From positions 24,069-88,068 of the forward strand of contig JAEDCW010000001.1 of NCBI GenBank assembly GCA_016293975.1: 64,000 bases of DNA. The letters run 5' to 3'. This document shows, piece by piece, positions 1-8,002 of the stretch. A model generated the notes under the pieces. The model saw nothing but the letters and a program-made list of their open reading frames with translations. It searched no databases and was not told where the DNA came from. The position numbers and the translations under genes are program-made. Numbering within the stretch: the stretch's first letter is position 1; every line of letters begins with the position of its first letter. The stretch is from Clostridia bacterium (GTDB lineage Bacteria > Bacillota > Clostridia > Christensenellales > CAG-138).

Positions 1-71
1 ATACCTCTTGGCGAGCGCATCATTACGCCCTCCATTACCGCTTGTCCGCCTATGTTCGTCTTTTTACTCAT
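1..71 (-). CDS. DUF1385 (YqhQ-like) protein, first 23 codons only; the gene runs off the left edge
   Basis: Reverse-strand ATG at 71 follows GGAGATATT. The translation MSKKTNIGGQAVMEGVMMRSPRG resembles the conserved DUF1385 N-terminus. Confidence 0.6.
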   Translation of the reverse strand, partial: MSKKTNIGGQAVMEGVMMRSPRG

Positions 72-198
72 AATATCTCCTTACAAATACAGTACACCAA
101 TCTAATTGTTGATTATACCATAAACCGAGCACTATGCCCAATCTAATTTGTTATAAATGTGTGTTATAATTAAGGCGAATCCGTGTTTTGGAGTAAAC

Positions 199-1116
199 AT
201 GAAACGCAAACGTATACTCGGAAGTCTGACGCTCGTGCTCGTTGCGCTCATATGGGGAGTCGCATTTACGGCGCAGAGTGAAGCGATGAAATACATCGAA
301 CCATTTACGTTCAACACCGCCCGTTCGCTCATCGCGGGCGTGCTTCTTATACCTGTTGTGCGACTGCTCGATGTGCTAAACAGGAAAGACCCGAATTTCG
401 TTCCGCCTACGGCAAGCAAGCGCACGCTTTTGTTTGCCGGTGTGCTCTGTGGTATAATACTTGCGGTTGCAAGTGCGCTTCAGCAGTTTGGCGTGATGTA
501 CACGAACGTAGGCAAGGCCGGTTTCATCACGGCACTTTACATAGTGTTCGTGCCCGTTGCCGGGCTGGTTTTCCGCAGACGCCCCGGCATACTCGTCTGG
601 ATAGCCGTTATCATTGCGGTCGTGGGAATGTATCTGCTCTGCATGACAGAGAGTTTTACCATAGCTCCCGGCGATACACTCGTGCTTCTGTGTGCGTTGG
701 GTTTTACCGCACATATACTCGTAATAGACCGCTTTTCACAGACCGTGGACTGCGTGCGCATGTCTATGATACAATTCTTCGTGTGCGCACTAATAAGCGG
801 CATTTGCATGATAGTATTTGAGAGACCCGACATCGAAGCTGTACTCTCTGCGTGGCTTCCCATACTCTATGCCGGTGCTCTGTCGTCCGGCGTCGGCTAC
901 ACCCTGCAAATAGTTGCGCAGAAAGATACGCCGCCTGTGCTTGCCTCGCTCCTTATGAGCCTCGAATCGGTGTTTGCGGTGCTCGCGGGCTGGCTAATAC
1001 TCGGTCAGACGCTTACCGCAAAGGAGCTTTGTGGTTGTGGGCTGATGTTTGCCGCGATAATTCTCGCACAGATACCGAAAAAGACAGATATCTGCTCAAC
1101 CAATATTAAGCATTAA
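199..1116 (+). CDS. EamA/DMT-family transporter
   Basis: The ATG at 199 lies 5 nt after GGAG (190-193); an alternative ATG is at 157. About 10 hydrophobic helices form two EamA-like halves. Confidence 0.8.
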   Translation: MKRKRILGSLTLVLVALIWGVAFTAQSEAMKYIEPFTFNTARSLIAGVLLIPVVRLLDVLNRKDPNFVPPTASKRTLLFAGVLCGIILAVASALQQFGVMYTNVGKAGFITALYIVFVPVAGLVFRRRPGILVWIAVIIAVVGMYLLCMTESFTIAPGDTLVLLCALGFTAHILVIDRFSQTVDCVRMSMIQFFVCALISGICMIVFERPDIEAVLSAWLPILYAGALSSGVGYTLQIVAQKDTPPVLASLLMSLESVFAVLAGWLILGQTLTAKELCGCGLMFAAIILAQIPKKTDICSTNIKH

Positions 1117-1123
1117 GGAGGAA

Positions 1124-1804
1124 ATGATGGCACATCCAAACACAAGACGACTGATAGTAATAATAATCGCATCGTTACTCGCGGCACTCTTTTTGCTGTT
1201 TGCCGTGATAAACATAATCGTACTGCTCTCTGCGCAAAGCAGAATAGTTGACATAGAGGAAGCAAAGGCGCTCGGAAGTTTTGACTGCATACTCGTGCTC
1301 GGCGCAGGCGTGTGGCGGAATAATCGCCCGAGCCACGTACTCGAGGACAGGCTCAAAATCGGTATAGAGGCTTACTGCGCAGGCGTATCCGACAAGCTGC
1401 TCATGAGCGGCGACCACGGCAGGAACAACTATGACGAGGTCAACGTTATGAAAAGCTTTGCCATGGATTGCGGCATACCGTCCGAAAACATATTCATGGA
1501 CCATGCAGGCTTTTCTACATATGAGAGCATGTATAGGGCAAGGGATGTTTTCAGCGCACACAGAGTGTTGATAGTTACACAGAAGTTCCATATGTACAGG
1601 GCGCTCTACATAGCAAACGCATTAGGGCTCGAAGCTTACGGCTTAACGAGTGACCTCAGAGAATATGCCAATGCAACGTATTCACAGCTCCGCGAATCGC
1701 TTGCACGGGTGAAGGATTTCTTCATGGTTATATTCAAGCCGCTCCCCACATATTTGGGTGAAGTCCTTCCCGTGAACGGCAATGGAAATGTGACAAACGA
1801 CTAA
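1124..1804 (+). CDS. SanA/YdcF (DUF218) family membrane protein
   Basis: The SD AAGGAGG precedes the start. One N-terminal TM helix is followed by ILVLGAG..LLMSGDHG..DHAGFSTYES..VTQKFHMYRA, collinear with E. coli SanA. Confidence 0.8.
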   Translation: MMAHPNTRRLIVIIIASLLAALFLLFAVINIIVLLSAQSRIVDIEEAKALGSFDCILVLGAGVWRNNRPSHVLEDRLKIGIEAYCAGVSDKLLMSGDHGRNNYDEVNVMKSFAMDCGIPSENIFMDHAGFSTYESMYRARDVFSAHRVLIVTQKFHMYRALYIANALGLEAYGLTSDLREYANATYSQLRESLARVKDFFMVIFKPLPTYLGEVLPVNGNGNVTND

Positions 1805-1835
1805 TATAGCTAAATAGGGCAGGATGTCCCCTAGT

Positions 1836-1870
1836 CGGCGTAAGGCAACGAAAACGCCGCCGCTTTTTTT
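1836..1870 (+). terminator. Possible intrinsic terminator after the sanA-like gene
   Basis: CGGCGT / ACGCCG stem with a 12-nt loop, then CCGC and a T7 run. The stem is short. Confidence 0.4.
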
Positions 1871-2042
1871 CGCTTCGGCAAGCTTATCGTTGATTCGCGG
1901 CCAAATCCACACGCGTGTGACGATACTTGGAATCCATTGAAGCGTTATATTGATACAAACTTACAAAGCACGTCCGAATATGCCAATCGGCCGAATCGCT
2001 TATATGCACACAGACATGAACAAGTATCCGCTATAAATGAAA

Positions 2043-2066
2043 TATAAGGAAGTAACCTTCCTTATA
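2043..2066 (-). terminator. Perfect 10-bp hairpin; candidate terminator of the RR-HK-thyA-folA operon
   Basis: TATAAGGAAG-TAAC-CTTCCTTATA. On the minus strand it is followed by TTTCATTTAT. It lies about 150 nt downstream of the folA stop. Confidence 0.35.
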
Positions 2067-2213
2067 ATTCAAATACACCTTATGAAGTTCTGGAGGATAC
2101 GTCCACCCACATTGCTTTGCTCTCGACCGATTATATCATACATTTTGTGTCTTTTATCACTAAATTTACCATATTTTGTGAATATTCTATGAACATATGC
2201 TTAACATTCCGTG

Positions 2214-2732
2214 TTATCGGGTGCAGATTTCGTCCGCAGCCGTCCTTTTCCACGTCTCTATGCGATAGCACACGTCCTCACACGAAAACTCCTCAGAACA
2301 TTCTGTAAGCGTCCACCCATCGTCTGCATCCAGCTTCGGGAAAAAAGCATCCGCCGACTTTGTGCAGAGCCATCTCGTCAGGTCGCACTCATCGCAGTAT
2401 GGTAGCAGCTGCTCATACACGCTCTGTCCGCCTATTACCCATATATCGCGGTCGCTGTAATCACTGAGCACGGGCATAAGCTCCTCGACAGACCCGACCA
2501 CGATTGCGTCGTCGTCTATACCCTTGCCGTTATGCGTGAGCACAATATTCACCCTGCCCGGCAGAGGCTTTTGGTTTGGCATAGTCATAAATGTCCTGCG
2601 TCCCATAATCACAACGCCGCCCATAGTAAGCCTTCGGAAGCGCTTCATATCGTCTTTGCACCTTATAAGAAGCTCGCCGCCGTTGCCTATTGCGTTATTC
2701 TCGTCGACCGAGGCTATCATCTTCATTCTCAT
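2214..2732 (-). CDS. folA: Dihydrofolate reductase
   Basis: MKMIASVDENNAIG..GRRTFMTMP..VIGGQSVYEQ is a typical DHFR. The start overlaps the thyA stop (ATGA). An alternative ATG is at 2726. Confidence 0.9.
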   Translation of the reverse strand: MRMKMIASVDENNAIGNGGELLIRCKDDMKRFRRLTMGGVVIMGRRTFMTMPNQKPLPGRVNIVLTHNGKGIDDDAIVVGSVEELMPVLSDYSDRDIWVIGGQSVYEQLLPYCDECDLTRWLCTKSADAFFPKLDADDGWTLTECSEEFSCEDVCYRIETWKRTAADEICTR

Positions 2733-3559
2733 ATCGCCACCGGTATCTTTGTGTCGAATTTGTGGGGTTTATAGCCCTCAAGCCTGAGGCTGTCCGACTT
2801 AAACTCATAGAATTCGTGTATGTTCTCGTCTATAACGAGCTTAGGCGCATCTTTCGGCTCTCTCACGATAAGCTCACGAATTATGGGGATATGCCGGTCG
2901 TATATATGTGCGTCCGCTATGCAGTGAACGAGCTCGCCCGCCTTGAGTCCGCTGACCTGGGCCAACATATGTACGAGTGCGGCGTATTGGCATACATTCC
3001 AGTTGTTAGCCGTCAGCATATCCTGTGACCTCTGGTTGAGTATCGCGTTGAGCTTGTCCCCCGTCACATTAAACGTCATAGAGTATGCGCAGGGATACAG
3101 ATTCATCTCCGAAAGATCCGCATGTACATAGATATTCGTCATTATCCTGCGGCTTTGAGGATTATACTTGAGGTCGTAGAGCACCCTGTCTACTTGGTCA
3201 AACATTCCCTCCTTGTATTTGTGCTTGACACCGAGCTGATAGCCGTAAGCCTTACCTATTGAGCCGTCCTCGTCTGCCCACTGGTCCCATATGCCGCTTG
3301 CAAGCTCATGTACGTTGTTCGATTTCTTCTGCCATATCCAAAGCAACTCATCGAGTGCGCTCTTAAAGTATGTGCGTCTGAGCGTGAGTATGGGAAACTC
3401 CTCAGACAAGTCATATCTGTTTACGATTCCGAATGTCTTTATCGTATGTGCGGGCGCCCCGTCGTCCCACTTGGGTCTCACGTCGAGATGCTCGTCGGAA
3501 AAACCCTCGTTCAGAATTTTCTTGCAGTTCTCAATAAACAGCATGTCCGCTCTACTCAT
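2729..3559 (-). CDS. thyA: Thymidylate synthase (ThyA type)
   Basis: 276 aa, with FPILTLRRTYFKSALDELLWIW and the LYPCAYSMTF active-site Cys segment. The start overlaps the kinase stop by 8 nt. Confidence 0.9.
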   Translation of the reverse strand: MSRADMLFIENCKKILNEGFSDEHLDVRPKWDDGAPAHTIKTFGIVNRYDLSEEFPILTLRRTYFKSALDELLWIWQKKSNNVHELASGIWDQWADEDGSIGKAYGYQLGVKHKYKEGMFDQVDRVLYDLKYNPQSRRIMTNIYVHADLSEMNLYPCAYSMTFNVTGDKLNAILNQRSQDMLTANNWNVCQYAALVHMLAQVSGLKAGELVHCIADAHIYDRHIPIIRELIVREPKDAPKLVIDENIHEFYEFKSDSLRLEGYKPHKFDTKIPVAI

Positions 3560-4541
3560 AATCCGTCGCTCCCTTGCTCTCGTTAAAATTAATAGTGATC
3601 AGTGTACATTTGCCCTCTTCACTGTCTATGCTAATTCTCGCGCCGTGCTGTTCTGCAACGTGCTTGACTATGGCAAGTCCAAGCCCCGTCCCGCCCGTAG
3701 CCTTAGAGCGGCTCTTATCGACCCTATAGAAGCGCTCAAATATGCGGTCAAAGTGCTGACTCGGTATGCCTATGCCTGTGTCGCGCACGCTAAGCACCCC
3801 GTCACCAACGGTAACCGTTATGCTGCCCCCGTTTCTGTTGTAGCGTATGGCGTTGTCCATTAGATTAAACACGAGCTCCGTAAGCAGACTGTGGTTTCCC
3901 TGCACAACACAGTTTCCCCCGACTATGTTTATGTCGATGTCGTTCTCTGCCGCACTGTTATATAGTATCTCGGAGCACTCAGTCACGATGTCTTTCAAGT
4001 CCACAGGCTCCATGCTCTCCGCCTTATCCGTCTCGTCAAGCTCGGAAAGCTTAATTATGTCGCTTATGAGCGTGAGCAGTCGCCTCGCTTCCTTTTGTAT
4101 CCTGTGTGCAAAGTCGGAGACGTCGTCCGGCTTCGCCATGCCCGTAGCTATCATCTCCGCATAGCCCGATATCGACGTAAGCGGCGTCTTGAGTTCATGC
4201 GATACATTGGCGGTAAACTCCTGCTTAATGTGCTCCTGAGAAAGTATCCTTGCCTTCTGTTCGGTAAGCTTCTTTGCTATACTCTCGAGTTCCTCGTATC
4301 TCATGCTCGACGCAGCATACGCTGTGTCATCACTCGTCAGCATTGACAGCTCCCTCATCATGCGCCTCGATACGGCTGTTGAAGCCGCCACACCCAATGC
4401 ACAGACCGCTACGAGCGCACAAACGAGTATGATAATCTGTAGATACATTTCCATCCCCGAAACAGCGAAACTCACCCCTATTGCTGTGAGAAATGCAACC
4501 GCCGCAGTGACGGCAGTTATTTGCATAAGCGCCTTTTTCAC
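3552..4541 (-). CDS. Sensor histidine kinase, minimal two-TM type (PhoR/VicK-like catalytic core)
   Basis: H-box SHELKTPLTSISGY, plus N (NLMDNAIRY) and G (DTGIGIP, GTGLGLAIV) boxes. The GTG at 4541 lies 6 nt after GAGGTGG; an alternative ATG is at 4526. The upstream part of the long ORF overlaps the regulator gene and is not coding. Confidence 0.85.
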   Translation of the reverse strand: MKKALMQITAVTAAVAFLTAIGVSFAVSGMEMYLQIIILVCALVAVCALGVAASTAVSRRMMRELSMLTSDDTAYAASSMRYEELESIAKKLTEQKARILSQEHIKQEFTANVSHELKTPLTSISGYAEMIATGMAKPDDVSDFAHRIQKEARRLLTLISDIIKLSELDETDKAESMEPVDLKDIVTECSEILYNSAAENDIDINIVGGNCVVQGNHSLLTELVFNLMDNAIRYNRNGGSITVTVGDGVLSVRDTGIGIPSQHFDRIFERFYRVDKSRSKATGGTGLGLAIVKHVAEQHGARISIDSEEGKCTLITINFNESKGATDYE

Positions 4542-4552
4542 AGTTTTCCACC

Positions 4553-5221
4553 TCAGCCGTCCAGCTTGTATCCGACATTTCTTACGGTAACTATCTGCGC
4601 TCCGCTGTCCCCGAGCTTCTGTCTGAGCGTCTTTATGTGCATATCGACGGTCCTCGTCTCGCCTATGTAGTCGTAGCCCCAAACCGCACCCAATAGCTTC
4701 TCTCTTGTCAATACCACGCCCCTGTTTATTAGCATATGCCTTAAAAGCTCATACTCCTTGTATGTAAGCTCGACAACGGTCTCTCCCGCCTGTACCCTGC
4801 GCTTAGAGTCGTTCATAACTATCGTGCCGCAGGCAATTATTCCGTCATTCTCTTCGGGTGCCGCACGTCTTAAAAGTGCCTTGACACGCGAAACGAGTTC
4901 CATTATTCCGAATGGCTTGGTTATATAGTCGTCCGCACCCATATCGAGACCCCTAACTTTATCTATCTCCGTGGTCTTAGCTGTAACCATAATAATCGGT
5001 ATGCGCTTTGTGCGCTCCGATGCGCGAAGCCTCCTCAGTATGGAAAGACCGTCCTCCCCCGGGAGCATTATGTCGAGCAGTATGAGGTCGGGCGTCTCCC
5101 TTGTAAGAGCCTCGGCTAGCCCCGAGCCGTCCGAGAGCGCGAGAATGTCAAAGCCGCTGTTTCTAAGCGCATAGCTTTCCATTTCACGGATGTCGGTATC
5201 GTCCTCAATTATGTAAATCAT
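4553..5221 (-). CDS. OmpR/PhoB-family response regulator
   Basis: Receiver domain (IEDD..DLILLDIMLPGEDG..TAK) plus a winged-helix C-terminus (RTVDMHIKTLRQKL..VRNVGYKL). An alternative ATG is at 5236. Confidence 0.9.
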   Translation of the reverse strand: MIYIIEDDTDIREMESYALRNSGFDILALSDGSGLAEALTRETPDLILLDIMLPGEDGLSILRRLRASERTKRIPIIMVTAKTTEIDKVRGLDMGADDYITKPFGIMELVSRVKALLRRAAPEENDGIIACGTIVMNDSKRRVQAGETVVELTYKEYELLRHMLINRGVVLTREKLLGAVWGYDYIGETRTVDMHIKTLRQKLGDSGAQIVTVRNVGYKLDG

Positions 5222-5386
5222 GCGAACCCCCATCAATATACGTCAATGTATTTTAACATAACGCACGGTTATTTACACATGATGTGCCATATTTTGTTTT
5301 ATACAGAATAAGACAGAGGTCGCGCTAATATAATCAGATATGGCATCGTTGTGCCTAATAACGAAACCTATCGAAAGGACTCTGCC

Positions 5387-6187
5387 ATGAATCACTCTGT
5401 ATCTGTAAGACTTGTATCCGCACTCGCTGTAATCGTCGTCTTATGCTCATACTTTATCGGCTGTGAGGCATTTCCTCCAAACGCAAGACCGTCAGACCCG
5501 GCTCAACCGTCAGAACCCACGCCCTCACCCGTGCAGTCAAACGGCAAAACCATAGTAATTGACGCAGGGCATGGCGCGCCCGACGGAGGTGCGACCGGAA
5601 AGAACACGGGCGTAATCGAGTCCACGCTTAACCTCAAGGTGGCGTATCTGCTTAAGGCGGAGCTCGAAATGCTCGGCTACAACGTAGTTATGACAAGGAC
5701 GGATGACAACGCGCTTGCCGAAAAAAAAAGAGCCGATATGGCAGAAAGGCTCAGGATAATGAACGGCTCCTCCGCGGATATGGTGGTAAGCGTCCATATG
5801 AACGAGTTTACAGACAGCGCCGTGAATGGTCCTATGGTGTTCTATCACAAGAATTCGCCCGAGGCGCAGAAGCTCGCTAAGTTTGTCATAGATGGCTTAT
5901 GCGACTCCGTAGGAAGGCCCCGCAGGCACGCAAACTCCGGTAACTATTACGTCATAAGGGAAAGCACTCCTGTAGCCATAATAGCTGAGTGCGGCTTTCT
6001 CTCAAACCCCGAAGAGGAGGTGCGCCTGCAGGATGCGGCATATCAAAACCTGTTGGCAAAAGGCATAGCCGCAGGCATTCAGGCGTACTTCATGTCGCTA
6101 GCCTCCCCCTCTCCCACAGACATGCAGGATCTGTCAAACCCCAACGGCACACCTTCAGTATCACCTAACACTTCACCTGCGGCTTGA
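5387..6187 (+). CDS. N-acetylmuramoyl-L-alanine amidase (Amidase_3, CwlD-like)
   Basis: VIDAGHGAPDGGA..VSVHMN..ECGFLSNPEE. The N-terminus is a hydrophobic signal with a Cys. The C-terminal tail is Pro/Ser/Thr-rich. An alternative GTG is at 5351. Confidence 0.8.
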   Translation: MNHSVSVRLVSALAVIVVLCSYFIGCEAFPPNARPSDPAQPSEPTPSPVQSNGKTIVIDAGHGAPDGGATGKNTGVIESTLNLKVAYLLKAELEMLGYNVVMTRTDDNALAEKKRADMAERLRIMNGSSADMVVSVHMNEFTDSAVNGPMVFYHKNSPEAQKLAKFVIDGLCDSVGRPRRHANSGNYYVIRESTPVAIIAECGFLSNPEEEVRLQDAAYQNLLAKGIAAGIQAYFMSLASPSPTDMQDLSNPNGTPSVSPNTSPAA

Positions 6188-6196
6188 GGCATACGG

Positions 6197-6421
6197 TTAA
6201 TCCAAGTATCCCGGGGTCTCCCCCTCGAATATGACCTTGAGAGTGTCCGCGGTATCCTCTCTTTGGTCATAGCAATAACTCAGATACAGCTTGGCGGCAG
6301 CAATTCTGTCTGCCGCCTTTTGCGTATCGTCCATACAAAGCTTTATGAGCGCGTTGAATATGCGCTCCGCTTTTCTGCTCTTACGCGTTTTTTTTAAACA
6401 TTCTGTGACAGTTTGTGACAT
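6197..6421 (-). CDS. Small hypothetical protein; possible C-terminal fragment of a phage small terminase
   Basis: 74 aa with SD GGAG-N6-ATG. AADRIAAAKLYL followed by an acidic ...VIFEGE... end recalls the oligomerisation and C-terminal part of Terminase_2-type TerS (such as SPP1 G1P). No N-terminal HTH is present. Confidence 0.3.
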   Translation of the reverse strand: MSQTVTECLKKTRKSRKAERIFNALIKLCMDDTQKAADRIAAAKLYLSYCYDQREDTADTLKVIFEGETPGYLD

Positions 6422-6476
6422 TTTTTACTCCTATTCGTATTTATGTTATAATTAGTGTATTGAATTGGAGGTACAT

Positions 6477-7745
6477 ATGAAGAAAGCACTATGCCTGATT
6501 GTTGTGATGCTGCTCCTAAGCTCTTGTGTTACGGGAAATGCGGGGCATCCGGATAACATGACCGTTACCCCCAAGCCCACAGAGAGCATACTCCCCGGGA
6601 CATCTCGGGAGCCTGCGTCACAGCCGAGCGATGTAGACTCCTTTTCGCAGACGCTGTACTATCCAGAGGATTCAGATGAGGACACAGCGCAATACAGACT
6701 CACCTATTCAATACCCGTTTTTGAAGACTCTACCCCCGCGGGCGCTGCGATGAACGAGGCTGTTGCGAGGTACATGGATTCATTACTCGTTTTGGTATCG
6801 CAGGAAAGAGTGCCGCGGGCCGACAGAGCCGACGGCGAACCTCTACCCTATACCGATGTAAGTTATGAGCTGAGCTATGCGCGCGGCTACACCAATGTAA
6901 TATTCAACTCAATAAGTTCATACGGCGTCGGGGAAGAACTCGGCATAAGTACGCTCGTACTCGATGGGCGCGGCAATGAGCGTCCCCTCCAATACGTAAG
7001 CGGCGTGTATTCGGGCGAAAACAACGTGGCGCAGGCGATACTCTCCGATGTTGCGAGTGCAGTCGACGGCAACTACTTCCACGATGTAACGATAGAGAGT
7101 GTTTTGCGTGCTATCGACCTCTATAACGGATATACCGTAGAGGATTTCGGTTACAGGATATATGTCCTTCCTGCGAGCCTTGCACCCGAATCGGAAGGTA
7201 TACTGTCATTTGACGTAACTACCGCTGAAGCCGCTCCGGGCTTTGTGGGCGACGTAATATCGGTCGATGCGTTCTATGCGCTTTTGCCGAGGCTCAACTC
7301 GTTGGCAACCGCACTCGCCGTTAACTACGAGAGCTATACCGATGGCATGATATCTCCCTATGCCGCAACCATATACGCCTGCATACGATTAATTGATGAA
7401 AACCCCGGAGTTTCAGGTTCTGTTGTGACGACCCGAGACGAGCTTATTGAGATCATATCTACCTCTCTGGGCATAGAATCAGAGCTCGATTTGTCCGCAT
7501 GGGGTATAAAAGAGAATGCCGATAGTCTCTCCGTCTCCACATCGCACGCGCTCTCCGTGTATGGCGTTGACATAAGCGATGTAACCGCAAGTGACGGCGG
7601 TGTTCTTCTGCTTAAAGGTACACTACACTTCGGCGCTGCCGGTTCCGCCGCTTCGCAAGGCTATGTCTCGACAGTCGAAATCGAGATAATACCGTCTGCG
7701 GCCTCCGAATGCGGCTACATCATATCCGCATTCAAAATTATCTGA
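6477..7745 (+). CDS. Lipoprotein of unknown function (possibly DUF4163/DUF3298-like N-terminal half)
   Basis: GGAGG-N6-ATG. The signal MKKALCLIVVMLLLSSC carries an LSSC lipobox. The remainder is acidic and extracytoplasmic. Confidence 0.6.
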   Translation: MKKALCLIVVMLLLSSCVTGNAGHPDNMTVTPKPTESILPGTSREPASQPSDVDSFSQTLYYPEDSDEDTAQYRLTYSIPVFEDSTPAGAAMNEAVARYMDSLLVLVSQERVPRADRADGEPLPYTDVSYELSYARGYTNVIFNSISSYGVGEELGISTLVLDGRGNERPLQYVSGVYSGENNVAQAILSDVASAVDGNYFHDVTIESVLRAIDLYNGYTVEDFGYRIYVLPASLAPESEGILSFDVTTAEAAPGFVGDVISVDAFYALLPRLNSLATALAVNYESYTDGMISPYAATIYACIRLIDENPGVSGSVVTTRDELIEIISTSLGIESELDLSAWGIKENADSLSVSTSHALSVYGVDISDVTASDGGVLLLKGTLHFGAAGSAASQGYVSTVEIEIIPSAASECGYIISAFKII

Positions 7746-7763
7746 CGTGACGATTACAGCAAA

Positions 7764-7790
7764 AAAACGGCAGTTGCAAACTGCCGTTTT
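7764..7790. terminator. Bidirectional intrinsic terminator
   Basis: AAAACGGCAGTT-GCA-AACTGCCGTTTT is a perfect 12-bp stem with an A-run and a T-run. It sits between the convergent lipoprotein gene and the 50-codon ORF. Confidence 0.85.
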
Positions 7791-7806
7791 AATTTGCGCT
7801 TCGTGC

Positions 7807-7959
7807 TTATAGGTCGTCTGCGTCCTGCACGGGGGCGTCCCAATCTGCCGTAAGCCCCGTATAACTGCCCAGAACATCCGACGGTATCTTTTGCTTGTTT
7901 GTAAATGCGCTTCCGTCAGCTTCATTCCTTACGTCTTTTGTGTTCTTCTTAAAGTCCAT
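7807..7959 (-). CDS. 50-aa hypothetical protein downstream of the portal gene
   Basis: Below the ORF-track size cut-off. GGGAGGTG-N5-ATG. Translation: MDFKKNTKDVRNEADGSAFTNKQKIPSDVLGSYTGLTADWDAPVQDADDL. It ends 16 nt before the terminator. Confidence 0.4.
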   Translation of the reverse strand: MDFKKNTKDVRNEADGSAFTNKQKIPSDVLGSYTGLTADWDAPVQDADDL

Positions 7960-8002
7960 GCAGCACCTCCCTTGGGGCTATTATTGGCCGGATTTCCACG
8001 TT

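Noticed and set aside
1908-1919. Perfect 12-bp palindrome CACACGCGTGTG in the 400-nt spacer between sanA-like and folA
   Set aside because: It is an isolated single copy with no adjacent promoter or gene start, and could arise by chance. No function can be supported.
5721-5729. A9 homopolymer inside the amidase gene (and A8/T8-T10 runs at 6371-6378, 13674-13681 and 14042-14050) as phase-variation switches
   Set aside because: The A9 run is in frame and encodes KKK in an intact gene. The other runs are in leaders or Lys codons. There is no evidence of length variation from a single sequence.
7623-7925. 100-aa track ORF in the portal-lipoprotein interval
   Set aside because: It runs through the bidirectional terminator and into the 3' end of the lipoprotein gene, has no SD, and has an implausible sequence. 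The 50-codon ORF in another frame (7807-7959), which has a strong SD, explains the interval better.
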